Shown in pieces: positions 13,869 to 25,972 of a stretch of DNA of 64,000 nt. The stretch comes from Octopus sinensis (taxonomy: Eukaryota), in the NCBI RefSeq assembly GCF_006345805.1, contig NC_042997.1, positions 210,676,001-210,740,000 on the forward strand. The letters run 5' to 3'. The notes under the pieces are model-generated. The model was not told the origin of the DNA. It did not search any database and was given only the letters and a program-made list of their open reading frames with translations. The stretch's first letter is position 1. The number at the start of each line of letters is the position of its first letter. Both the position numbers and the translations under genes were made by a program.

Positions 13869-14090
13869 TGTATATGTGTGTGTGTATGCTTGTGTGTCTG
13901 TGTCCCCCCCCCAACATCACTTGACAACCGATTCTGGTGAGTTTACGTTCCCGTAACTTAGCGGCTCGGCAAGACACCGATAGAGTAAGCACTAGGCTTA
14001 CAAAGAATAAGTCCTGGGGTCGATTTGCTCGACTAAAGAGAGTGCTCCAGCATGGCCGCAGTCAAATAACTGAAACAAGTAAAAGAAAAG
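13350..14090 (+). mobile_element. SINE family B, full length, interrupted by a hairpin insert in its internal (TA)n
   Basis: tRNA-like head (tgtgtggtaag...gggttcagtcc), CORE-like gcaccttgggcaagtg, and tail gaaacaagtaaaag. Confidence 0.88.
13563..13797. mobile_element. Near-perfect ~84 bp-arm palindrome + unique extension (PLE-type inverted LTR insert)
   Basis: Arms 13563-13646 and 13647-13730, flanked by (TA)n; degenerate hammerhead-like ccgatga..gaaactc. Confidence 0.7.
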
Positions 14091-14117
14091 AAAATGTAAA
14101 AAAAATTGACAAAATAT

Positions 14118-14505
14118 TCTTTTCTACTCTAGGCACAAGGCCCGAAATTTTGAGGTAGGGGGCCAGTCGATTAGATTGAACCCAGTATGCAACTGGCACT
14201 TAATTTATCGACTCGCAAGGATGAAAGGCAGTCTCGACCTCGGCCGAATTTGAACTCAGAACGTAACAGCAGACGAAATACCTATTTCTTTACTACCCAC
14301 AAGGGGCTAAACTCAGAAGGGACAAACAAGGACAGAGAAACGGATTAAGTCGATTATATCGACCCCAGTGCGTAACTGGTACTTTATTTAATCGACCCCG
14401 AAAGGATGAAAGGCAAAGTCGACCTCGGCCGAATTTGAACTCAGAACGTAATTCTGCTAAGCATTTTGCTCGTCGTGCTAACGTTTCTGCCAGCTCCCAC
14501 CGCCT
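14118..14505 (-). mobile_element. SINE family A dimer with alternative tail
   Basis: Two bodies; the tail variant ttctactctaggcacaaggcccgaaatttt is also seen, reversed, at 32870-32910. Confidence 0.8.
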
Positions 14506-16355
14506 TAAATTTATAAAATATCTTGTGTATTGTAGAAGTGTGACCTGTTTATGGCGGGTAGATTTTGACATCCTATAACGCCCCCTCTTTCATTCCCCGA
14601 ATGGTCATATGAACCGCGGTTGGGAACCACGGATGTAGAAGCTCTGTCGCTGGTTGATTGTATCGATGTACCTGAAGACTTTGGTGGCGAATTGAGCGGA
14701 GGCGGACAGAGTTTGGTGGATCGCATTGCGGTAAATGTTGTTCTCTTGTCATTGTTGAGTGGGCGGCTCTAACGATGCTGTTGATACGGCCCACACTGAT
14801 GTGTGTGTGTAGGTATGTGCATGCCTGCGCGCGCGTTTATGCGTGGGTGTGCTTTGCTGTTTGTCTGGACAGAGTGGGAGGAACAGCGGCTTTTTAAGAT
14901 GGTGCAATGATGATGATGATGATGTGGTGTGTTGGAGATGTGTCTAGAGCGAGTGGGAGAGATGTTGTAGTTAGGGTGGTGCTGTAGTATTTGCTGGGTT
15001 TAGACGGGCTGAGGCCCTAAGCTATGTAAACCTTAGAGGGTACCTGGATTAAACACTTTACTAAATCTGAAAATATGTCTTTTAATCATTTTGTGGCCCT
15101 TAATTGTCACTTATCGTCTAAATCTGGTGGATTTTAGTAGATTTCCGTTGGTTTTAGACGGGGCTTATGGGAGGAGGCGGCGGGAGAAGGGGGCGGTTGT
15201 TCATCTTAGCGACAGGGAAACATGCTTTTACTGCAATATTTTACGGATGCAACTTGTTACAGTTGCAGTCTGCTGTTGCAGCAACAAACCTTTAACGTGT
15301 TGCGTGGGAGTTTTTTTAATGGAGTAGTCATGGGTAGAAGGCGGCGTCCATCACCCTGTCCAGGATCCCAGCCGTCGCCCAAACCTGATGGAAGGAAGGA
15401 ATAAGTTATACTGAAAGAAGAACCTGGTTCAAATATTTGTACGAGAAGCCACTAAAGCCACCCAAGGTCCAACTGCCGGTGTTGACCCGGGACACGTCTT
15501 AAGTATTGGCTTCAAATTTTAGCACAAGGCCAGCAGTTTCTGGGGACAGGTAAGTCGATTATATCGACCCCAGTGTTCAACTGCTACTTATTTTATCGAT
15601 CCCGAAAGGATTAAAGGTAAAGTCGTAAAATCGGAAGAGATGTCGCAAAGCGTCTCGTCCGGCGCGCTAACGATTCTGCCAGCTCACCCGCCTTACACGT
15701 CTTAAATATTAATGTAACCAGAAAATAAGTTTGTTGGCCCAGGGCGGTGGCTGACAGAGCGTATGGTGGTGGCGTTAGGGTGTTGGATTAAGTAGATATT
15801 TCACTTTCTGACATCAAATTCCAGAAATAATTACTGGTCAAGCGGTGTGGTCAATTTAATCGACTACATCCTTTCTTAATCATTTCGGGTCTTGTGTCGA
15901 TATAAAATCAATATAAATGTCGCTGAGAGGCAGTAATCTATATTTAAATTTTCATTGTATATCATTATTTTTAATTATATACAATTAGTTTTCTTGTATA
16001 TGATTATTACCAAGTTGAAAGTTAGTGTTACTGCTTTCTCTCTTTCTCTCTCCCTAACTACTCCCACTTTCCACCCGTTTACAACATCCCTCCCCTTCCA
16101 CCCGTGTTGTTGGTTTTACACAATCTCTGTTTGTATCAGGAGATTATTTAACAATATGGCCGAATCTGTTGTTCACTTCATTGATAATTTCGTCTTGCAG
16201 CCTGACTACGGAGTTACACATCAGGTGGATTTTAAGAGACATCCTCCCTCCGCTACCATAATTATATTAAATATTAGGGCCATGATACGCAACTAACATT
16301 CACATAAGGATTCGTGTATGTTTACAATGGGATTATTTCCAGTTGCTTCCTTCAG

Positions 16356-16460
16356 ACCTCCCACCACGACGACCACCACCAACAACTAGACTCGTTGCCT
16401 CAGGATTTCAAATCGTACACTGCTGCCATGTTGTTCCAGGCACGCGAGATTTATATATGG
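16356..16460 (+). CDS. Candidate internal coding exon of an unknown gene (xLPPRRPPPTTRLVASGFQIVHCCHVVPGTRDLYM)
   Basis: Acceptor ttccttcag, donor G/gtaaaa, 105 nt, phase 1-1; conserved at protein level with 20519-20620. Confidence 0.6.
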
Positions 16461-16749
16461 GTAAAAAAAATAGGGTTTTCAGATTTCGGCACCAGACCAG
16501 CAATTTTAGGGGAAGGGTGTGGGCAAGTTGATTACATCTCCCCGAGTACTTTATCGTACTTTATTTTATAGACCTCGAAAGGACGAAAGGCGAAATCGAC
16601 TTCGGCTAAATATGATGTTAAAACGTAAAAGAGCAGAAAGAAATATCAGTGAGCATTTTGTACGACGCACTGATGTCCGACGCACTGACATTGTTCCATA
16701 TAATCCGATTTAAGATTGATGTTTGAGACTGTTTGCTGGGGAGAGAATA

Positions 16750-19700
16750 TTTCTTGTTATCTTGCAAAGGGAGGGTTTAGGCCGGCTCCTGTTGAGTTCA
16801 CTCATCAGGGGATCAAGCGGTCCATGTGCGTCTGATGGCGGCCGATTCTATAGCGTGTTGAAACTAATCCCGGTTCCGGTGACCATCGGCAAAGACTCGG
16901 AGTGCCGGAAGCAAGCTCCATGTCCGCTTTGACTGTCGTGAGCACGTCTTCAGCTGATCACCTTTCTGCCTACGCTAACCTGGAGGAGGATCTGGTGTCA
17001 TCACCTTCCGGACGAGTTCGTCCTGGGGGTGCCGCAACGCGTGACTAAACCACCGCAGTCTCCTCATCAGAAGAGTAAAGGTGGGTCCGAGATATATGAA
17101 CTCATCAACCTCTTCCACAGCCTCTCCATCAAGATGAACAGTGACCTTGCAGGAGCGAAGTATGTTGGCTGACAGGACCTTCGTTTTCAAGGCGTTGATC
17201 TTCGTTCCAACCCTTGCGGTGGCGGGGTTTATCTCATCAAGAGCGTGTTGTATGTCGCCACAGAACTCCTCTAGGATGGCAACGTCGGCGGCAAAGTCAA
17301 GTTCAGTGACCGAGAAATCACTTCTCGATCCATAGAGATCATCTACACTTTGGTTGAATTTCCAATCGATGACAAAATTGAAAAGTGTGGGCGATAGGAC
17401 ACAACCTTGGCGAACGCCCGTTTCAACGGTGAAGAAATCGAACTTCTCCCCGTAGCACCGAACACAGGTTCTCCTATGGGCATAATACGCACGGATAAAG
17501 TTGAAAAGCTTGGTTGGAAAACCGTCTCGCCTCATGACCTCTCATAAGCTGGTATGGTCCATCGAATCAAAGCACTCCACGGTGGCCTGTTGATAGCACA
17601 ATCATGGTTCCAGGACTCGGTGTAGGGTGAAAATATGATCTATGTAGACTCTTCCTCGTCGAAAACCGCATTGGTTCGGTCGGGTACTTCTGTGACGTAC
17701 TTCCTGAAAGCGTCTCAGAAGGAGAATTGGGAAGATCTTCGATGCGACATCAATAATGCTTATAGCCCGATAATTGCTACGGAGGCGCTTCTCACGTTTC
17801 TTGTAAAACGGAAAGAGGATCGAGTCACTCCAATCTTGTGGGATTTCTTCGGGTTCCCAGACGCAGCCATCGTGTCATGGCATCAGGACAGTACTTAAAG
17901 AGCTCCACTGGTAGGCCGTCTTAGCCCGCAGCTTTGCTATTCTTTAAATTTCTGATTACCTCTGCGATTTCTTCGACCGACGATCAGCAATTTCATGGTC
18001 TTGGGAAAGCTGTCGAGCTGGCGGGTCATGATTTAGTAATCCTTCGAAATGGTGTAGTCGCCATCGGTTGATGCGGTCTCAGAGATTGGATAAGACATTG
18101 CCTTGCTCGTCAAAACCGTTTCACTTAGGCCATTTAAGCCTCTTGTAGTCATTTTCAGAAGCTGGTATAGCTTACGGATGTCGCCCCCTGCAGTAGGCTT
18201 TTCGGTGTCTGTTGCAACCGAACGTCAGGATCGATTGAAATCGGCGAGAGCTGAGCGATTAGTCTATCGTCTCAGCGCGTGATGTCTCGGTTCAGTACTA
18301 ATTCGTGCATCAGTTGCCTTCTTGACAAGTGAGATATTGTACTGGTAAATCCAATCCTTTCGTTGGCGCCTGAGACAGTTAATTTCGAGCAATTTCTTGA
18401 ACATTGCTTTTGAAAGAGAGCCAGTGCTCTTTGACCGTCGAATCTACTTCTTATCTCGAGCTGAAAAACGCACAGCTACTTCGGGAGAACTGAAGTATGT
18501 CTGTATCCACTTTGACAAAAGATGAAGGCTTTCCAAGGACTTCAAGCGGAGGCGTAGCATGGCATGAACCAGAATATGGTCGGAACCACTGAAATTCGCT
18601 GTTTCTGCTCCTCTGTAAACAATCAAAGACACAACTAGATCAACGAGATCGTACAAAGTTATAATCGATTTGGTTGACTGTTCGACCGTCGTTTGAAGTG
18701 TCTAAAAGAGTGTTCGAAACGGGTGTTCGTTACCACCAACTTGTTTATTGCTGCCAAGCTAATCGTGCGATCGCCATTCCCGCAATGGTCACCTACACCA
18801 AATTTGTCGACTATTCCCAGTGTAACGTCATCATATTGGCATGCCCGCGCGTTCCAGTCACCATCCACAATCAGCATATCACCTGACGGGACGCGACGTG
18901 GGAGAGACTGAGGGGCATCATAAAATGCGTCCCTCGACGCCAAGGGTTGGTGCACACACAGCAACGATCGTGGTGTTGAAGACGGCGCTTTTGAGGTTGG
19001 TTCGAGCAAGACGTTCAGAAACCGGCTGCCATGCCAACAGTGCCGCATTTGCAATGTCGTTCAAAGCCAAGGCCATATCATGTCGACCTGAGTTGTCTGA
19101 CACGCCACTATGGCAGAGATGGTATGTGGCTGTCGATTGTGGCACCTGAATGACCTTGTGGTCAGAGTCAGTTGGTCGAACCGCGGGAGGGCAAGCAACA
19201 TCGACACCATATTTATAAGAGCGTATATGCATGGTGAGCGTTTGAACCTCTGCAGATAAGAGCGTGTGGACATTCCAACAAGCCACGAAGCTGCTGCTTC
19301 TGTGATTGAGAAGCCCATTGTTCGCCCGCTCCCCACCGGTGAAGAGTGGAGCGCGTCGGATTGCGTGGTCGGTGTAGCATTTATTGAATAGTTGTTTCGT
19401 TGTGAGTTTCATTGGAGTTTCAAAGGATGATCAGAGTCCGAGAAAACAGTTCCCGTCTGTACAGGTAGAGGCCGCTGCTTTCTTTATACACGACCGGTGA
19501 AAGGTGGTCCTCGTTTTACGCCTTCTCGCCGCAGATGCGATCCAACGTCAGTAGGAAGCCGCCGGGTTCCGGAACAGGTGCCGCCTGGAATTTATCATTG
19601 CTCTCCAGTCAGCCAGGTTGAGGCCCTAGCGCTACTGGTGTCAGACCTGTCCGCCTTGGGTGGCCCTGCCAGGAACTCGAAATCCTCGACGGCATAGCCC

Positions 19701-19759
19701 TGATACTCACTTGTTTAACCTTCCCACCACGATGAGATCAAGAGTTGGACTTTGAGGAA
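16750..19759 (-). mobile_element. RTE-clade LINE, near full length, decayed
   Basis: APE motifs VACWNVHTL, GDWNAR and SDH; RT motifs GVRQGCVLSPTLFN, LDFAADVA and FIYLG. TSD gggagagaata at 16739-16749 and 19760-19770. Confidence 0.9.
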
Positions 19760-19909
19760 GGGAGAGAATACATAAAACGTAAAATGTCCGCAAGTACGTG
19801 GTGTGTGTCAATAAGTAGCAATGGTTATATATGGGTTGCCGGCCCATGGTTCAATAAATAAATATGCACGAATAAGGGAGCGGGAGCGCTAAGCAGTGAT
19901 CGATGAAAT

Positions 19910-20250
19910 TACAATGTTATCATTAGCCCGAAAATGCTTGAGTCACGTTCGAACAGGGGATGAAGCTACTCACTGCGTTTTGTCACAGAGAATAGATCTT
20001 GCCTGTTGACAAATGGTGTGTATACATCTAGATCAGCTCACAGCGCCACCTACCTAGACTGTGGAGACAAATCCTCCGAAATGTTAACATCTCATAATCT
20101 CGGTAGGTGGTGCTGCGAGCTGATCTCGGTGTATGCACACCATTTGTCAACAAGCGAGATATTATTCTCCGTGAGAAAACGCAGTGAATAGCTTGCTTCT
20201 TCAATTCGAACCTGCTTCAGGCATCCTCGGACCAATAATAGCATTACAAA
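19910..20250. repeat. Long imperfect inverted repeat (~150 bp arms)
   Basis: For example gctactcactgcgttttgtcacagagaata pairs with tattctccgtgagaaaacgcagtgaatagc, and ttgacaaatggtgtg with cacaccatttgtcaa. Confidence 0.8.
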
Positions 20251-20305
20251 TAAGTACAATGTCTCCTGGATAAGACACCAAACCACGGCAGATAGCATTC
20301 CCCTG

Positions 20306-20370
20306 TTATTCAACTGAACTGAACTGCAATATAACAGGATGGTCGCTCCTGTCTCGGTTTCGACGCAGAA
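20306..20370 (-). CDS. Possible terminal exon following 20519-20620 (VLRRNRDRSDHPVILQFSSVE*)
   Basis: Strong polypyrimidine tract + cag, phase-compatible; no homology support. Confidence 0.3.
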
Positions 20371-20518
20371 CTGTTCGAAGGAGAGAACTTAAAGAGAGTA
20401 ATAGAAAGAAACAGAAGAAGACCCCAAGAAGCTGCATCCGTTTGCGATGGATGCGTGAATGTAATTTGGATCGAGGGGATGGGTTTCGCTATGAAGGTGC
20501 AAAGGGGACAGTATTTAC

Positions 20519-20620
20519 CCGTCAACAGATCTCGCCTATCTGGAACAACATGGCAGCAGTGAACCATTTGCAATCCAGAGGCTATGAGTTTAGCTGTTGG
20601 CGGCGGCGGCGGTGGTTGTG
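20519..20620 (-). CDS. Candidate coding exon paralogous to 16356-16460 (xQPPPPPPTAKLIASGLQMVHCCHVVPDRRDLLT)
   Basis: Acceptor tctacttcag, donor G/gtaaat, 102 nt, phase 1-1; the other two frames contain stops. Confidence 0.6.
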
Positions 20621-20847
20621 CTGAAGTAGATTTGAACTCAAATATCATGTGTTGGTGTTCAACAACTTTATGTATTCGACTTTGGAGCGGCGGTCTCAGC
20701 GTGGAAGCCACTAACTTGTTTAAAAGGAGCCGAAAATGGGCTGCCAGGGACTCTATTTTCAGAGAGTATGATACGTGGGATAGAGTTAATGTTGACACTC
20801 TACTATAAAGAGTTTGAGTGGGAGAGTTGTATTAGATGCAGCAATGA

Positions 20848-21140
20848 GAGAGTGGAGCTGCTTGAGTGGAGCTGTCTGAGTGGAGCTGCCTGAGTGGAGC
20901 TGTTTGAGTGGAGCAGTCTGAGTGGAGCTGTTTGACTGGTGCTGTTTGAGTGGATCTGCTTGAGTGTAGCTGTTTGAGTGAGCTGCTTGAGTGGAGCTGT
21001 CTGAGTGGAGCTGTTAGAGTGGAGCTGCCTGAGTGGAGCTGTTTGAGTGGAGCAGTCTGAGTGGAGCTGTTTGACTGGTGCTGTTTGAGTGGATCTGCTT
21101 GAGTGTAGCTGTTTGAGTGTAGCTGCTTGAGTGGAGCTTT
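20848..21140. repeat. 15-bp minisatellite (gagtggagctgYYYY)
   Basis: About 19 tandem units read directly. Confidence 0.92.
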
Positions 21141-21174
21141 TCGAGTGGCATACTGTTATATACGCTACAGTAAT

Positions 21175-21590
21175 AGGCGCAGGCGTGACTGTGTGGTAAG
21201 AAGTTTGCTTCTCAACCAAATGGTTCTGAGTTCAGTCCCACTGAATGTCACCTTCCGCAAGTGGCACCTTGGGCAGACAGACTAAAGTCCTGTGATTGGA
21301 TTTAGGAGACGGAAACTGAAAGAAGCCTGTCGTGTAAGCGCGTGTGCATGTGTGTGTGTGCGTGTGTGTGTGTGTTTATATATGTGTTTGTCCTCCCCGT
21401 CATTGTTTGATAACCGGTGTTGGTGTGTTTATGTTCCCGCAACTTAGTGGTTCGTCAACAGAGACCGATAGAATAAGTACCAGGCTTAAAAAAACGTCCT
21501 GGAGTCGATTCGTTCGACTAAAATTCTTCAAGGCGGTGCCCCAGTATGGCCGCAGTCTAACGACGGAAACAAGTAAAAGATGAAAGATGA
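21175..21590 (+). mobile_element. SINE family B, diverged
   Basis: Head aggcgcaggcgtgactgtgtggtaag and tail gaaacaagtaaaaga. Confidence 0.82.
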
Positions 21591-22705
21591 TTAGTTATAT
21601 AATGGTAAACCAGGATGGTTGGTGCCTGGATGCTGGTATATTTATGGTCGGCCTTCTTTCGATTTGGATTCCCGGATCTTGGGTAACCTGATATATTTGT
21701 TATTAAATATGCTGCTTTCCATGCTTTTTTTCTTGTTCTTTTTTAATCTTATTTCATGGATGCCATGACAACATTTCAGCTCGATATTCTTGTATATCCC
21801 ATGTTTTGTTGAGCTGATTCTTTCGCAAACATTTACGCAATCAAAATCACCAGATGATGTTTCGGGCTATCACTCATCCAGTTATTTCTTCATTTACTTT
21901 CATCAATGAACTGTTACTGTACCAAATGTACCTTATGTAACAACATATTCCTACAAATTTGGCTCTAACACAATTATTCTTCAGTTTATACTGATCTCTT
22001 ATCTGCCACGGATCACCGACCGACATCTTCCAAAGCAATCATTACAGCTGATGTTAGTCTTAGCTATAGTTTTAATCTTGTAGTCAAATAAAACCCATAA
22101 ACTTCTCCATTTCTTTTTATCTTACGTAACTTCTGTTGCTGTGAGATTTCGAATTAAATTTATTTTCTCTGACAACGATTTTATAGAGTTTAAAAAAGAA
22201 TTTTGTTGACGTAATTACTTCCAAAAGTAAACAAAAAAAAGTCTGTTATCGATAAAGTTCAGCCCAAAGGAATTTTTTCATCAACCAATTGATGGACTTA
22301 TTCTGTTCTTTTGCACCAATAAAGATATGAATCTTATTTCATTTCCCACACACACACACACACAAAAAGGTTTCTTTTATCGTATTGTTTTGGCTTGTGG
22401 CTTAGATTTTCTGCACTGAAGAATATGATTTGGATTCAACGATCTTTTTTTTGTCCACACCCAAGAAAAAATATAATCATTCTGCCTGTGATATTGCGTT
22501 TATACACTGTATCGATAACTTTGATTACACTTGCTGAGTACAGTGCTTATAGTTGAGCTACAGTACATATAATACTTGCGCACTATTTATAGTACGACTA
22601 CAATATCTATAGTACAACTAAAATGTTTGTAGTACAGCTGTAGTGTTTATAGTGCACATACAACGCTTACCGTAGTTTCTGGTCATTCAGAACAGACTAA
22701 TTGGA

Positions 22706-23315
22706 TACCTATTTCTTTACTACCCTCAAGGGGCTAAACACAGAAGGGACAAACAAGGACAGAAAAACGGATTAAGTCGATTACATCGACCCCAGTGCGT
22801 AACTGGTACTTAATTTATCGACCCCGAAAAGATGAAAACCAAAGTCGACCTCGGCGGAATTTGAACTCAGAACGTAACGGCAGACGAAATACCTATTTCT
22901 TTACTACCCTCAAGGGGCTAAACATAGAAAGGACAAACAAGGACAAACATAAGTATTAAGTCGATTGCATCGACCCCAGTGCATAACTGGTACTTAATTT
23001 ATCGACCCCGAAAGGATGAAAGGCAAAATCGACCTCGGCGGAATTTAAACTCAGAACGTAACGACACACGAAATACCTATTTCTATTTCTTTACTACTCT
23101 CAAGGGGCTAAACACAGAAGGGACAAACAAGGACAGACAAACGGATTAAGTCGATTATATCGACCCCAGTGCGTAACTGGTACTTAATTTATCGACCCCG
23201 AAAGGATGAAAGCCAAAGTTGACCTCGGCAGAATTTGAACTCAGAACGTAGTGGCAGACGAAATACCGCTGAGTATTTCGCCCGGCGCGCTAACGTTTCT
23301 GCCAGCTCACCGCCT
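22706..23315 (-). mobile_element. SINE family A, one head + three tandem bodies, single TSD
   Basis: TSD agaac(a/g)ga(c/t)taattggatacc on both sides. Confidence 0.9.
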
Positions 23316-23826
23316 TAGAACGGATTAATTGGATACCATCTTTTTCCTGGTACTCCTGACATGTTCGTCTCCCTTCCTCTCGACGCCCATATTTCCCTCT
23401 ACTTCCACAGTTAACTAACTTCCACACCAAATCCTACTTCCACCGAGCGTCTCCACTTTGAATTTCTCTCCCACTGCAAAATTCGCCTTCGAAAAATCTT
23501 CCTCCAAAACAATCAAACAGGATTCAGATTGCAGTGGGTGGACGGTAGGGGTGGCTGGATGACAGAGATGGATGGTAGTGTGTATGAGTGGTGACGTGTA
23601 TGGGTAGTAGTGTGTGTTAATGGCTGCCGGTATTGATGGCTCTCTGTGTGGATGGATGCTATTTCATAGTCAGATCCAGTTTATTGGACAAACACCGTTT
23701 AAACCGCCATATTGGTAGGTTAGTGTTGGGAATTTCCCTCGTAAAGATCGCCTTGATCAATAATATATATACGATCAACACTTGATAAGAACATATTGAA
23801 CGGATGATGAGCGATTCTTAAGGGGA

Positions 23827-23858
<32 letters not shown>

Positions 23859-23891
23859 CATATATATATATATGTATGTACACATATATAT

Positions 23892-23923
<32 letters not shown>

Positions 23924-24056
23924 ATATATATATATATATTATATATATATATATATAGTTATATTTATAGTGAGAGACAGAGACAAAGAGAGTGACATGT
24001 TTGAACGTGTGTGTATGTACATATATATGAATATTGTGTGTGTGTATATATATATG

Positions 24057-24102
<46 letters not shown>

Positions 24103-24108
24103 TGTATG

Positions 24109-24140
<32 letters not shown>

Positions 24141-25002
24141 AATATATATCAAACAGAGCATTTTCTAAACCAATCAAAACCGACAGCCTTATACAAATAC
24201 AGTTTTCAAATTTTCCATATTAAAAATATAATATTTGTGCGACAAAAACGAAAAAAAATATATAAAAAAAGCATTAAATATTAGATAAATTCCTGGCTTG
24301 TTGCAGTCGTAGCCGTGGTAAAGGGAAAGCAATAATTTGTCGATTGACATCAATGTTTTGTCAAAGAAGCATTTCTAATTGGAAAAGAGCTGCCAAAAAT
24401 TTAAAATTTCTCTATAAAGAAGTCACGCATGGAAGCTGTTTGTATAGAAGCCGCCGCTGCCTTCATCTCCTTCTCGGGAGTCTTCTCTGTCCGCCCACCC
24501 ATCGAAAACGAAAGACACAAAGAAAATCAAGATCAAAACCAAACCGCCATTATCTTCCTTTAAAAAAACAACGCCATAAAATCTGTTGCTAAGTGTTATA
24601 TAAGCCTGAATGATATCACCGAATATTCAGGCAGGGTCGAATACTCCGGGGAAATCATGTGTCCCGCAAAGATAGTTTCCTTGTAAATATTACTGTAGAA
24701 TATCTCAAGTGATAATGGCGTTAGCTAAGCCTTCAAATCTTCTGTTGTTTACAGAATAACGGTCAGCCTTTTAAAAACAAACATGGAGACATGATGCCAT
24801 GTCGGATGAAGTATAACAGCAGACAGTTCATTATTCGATGTGGTACTTTTACGAAATTATAGAAGCACTTAGACTGAACAATATGGATCAGTTTGGTGCA
24901 AAAACCACTGCACCATGCGTTTGGGAATCGAATAATAATAAGAGATAATGATAGAACCGTTTGATAGATAATGTTAGTACATGCTTCACAGTATGGTATA
25001 TA

Positions 25003-25234
25003 TATTTCTTTACTACCCACAAGGGGCCAAACACAGAGGGGACAAACAAGGACAGACAAAGGGATTAAGTCGATTCCATCGACCCCAGTGCGTAACTGGT
25101 ACTTAATTTATCGACCCCGAAAGGATGAAAGGCAAAGTCGACCTCGGCGGAATTTGAACTCAGAACGTAACGGCAGACGAAATACGGCTTCGCATTTCTC
25201 ACGGCGTGCTACCGTTTCTGCCAGCTCGCCGCCT
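25003..25234 (-). mobile_element. SINE family A monomer
   Basis: Full head and tail; TSD acagtatggtat. Confidence 0.88.
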
Positions 25235-25881
25235 TATATACAGTATGGTATGTAGACCATGTCCGCATATATTTCAGTTTACGGTATGTTGGTAACCGTA
25301 TGTTACATTACAGTCCAATATACAGATAATGTTTAGTATATATTGTTGCACGACTAGCTGAGTATTCCGTCATTGGCAGGCAATTTCACAATAAAATGCC
25401 CTTATTTCAATTTTGTTTTTATCTCATGTCAGACCATGTCTTCTCCGACGGATAAGCTTTTTGATTAGGACAGACGTTTACATTATTTGCGGCAATTTAA
25501 AACATCTCGATTTTGTTGCTTCCAAGTTATCCTCATCTCGTCAGTGTATATCAATGGCGTGAGCAGTGATATGCACTGAAGTGAAGTTTGCTGGTTGCTG
25601 CTTGTCCATTGTTTATCCTCTCCATTTTCTTATTTGCTTTATCATCCGTTCAATATGTTTTTATCAAGTGCTGATCGTATATATATTATTGATCAAGGCG
25701 ATCTTTACGAGGGAAATTCCCAACACTAATGAAGTAAAAACAATTAAGATTCAAGTGAGTTCCAATGAATTCAAATGAATGTGGTACTTAACTTAGATAC
25801 ACCAGAAATCTTTATGGTATTAACCATAAAATAATGTGGGGTGATTATAAACAAGAAAAAAGCAACAAGAATGGATTAGTT

Positions 25882-25972
25882 GTTCAGTACAATTGTTTCA
25901 TACGAAGAACAGATTTATTAAAAGCTGCAAATATTGCAGCAAATACAAGTGTCCCGTATTCATCAGCCAAAA
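25882..25972 (-). ncRNA. Type I hammerhead ribozyme in inverted-repeat insert 25846-26195
   Basis: UUUGG-CUGAUGA-AUACG..CGUAU-GAAA-CAAUUG-UA^CUGAA; stem I is weak (G.U pairs). Confidence 0.65.

Noticed and set aside
20848-21140. CRISPR-like array or repeat protein
   Set aside because: Contiguous 15-bp minisatellite without unique spacers in a eukaryotic context.
23775-24284. YIYI/HTHT/CVCV ORFs here and throughout the window
   Set aside because: Translations of dinucleotide and tetranucleotide microsatellites.
24755-24842. Candidate exon NNGQPFKNKHGDMMPC...
   Set aside because: Its phase is incompatible with the 16356-16460 exon, the donor is weak and there is no homology.
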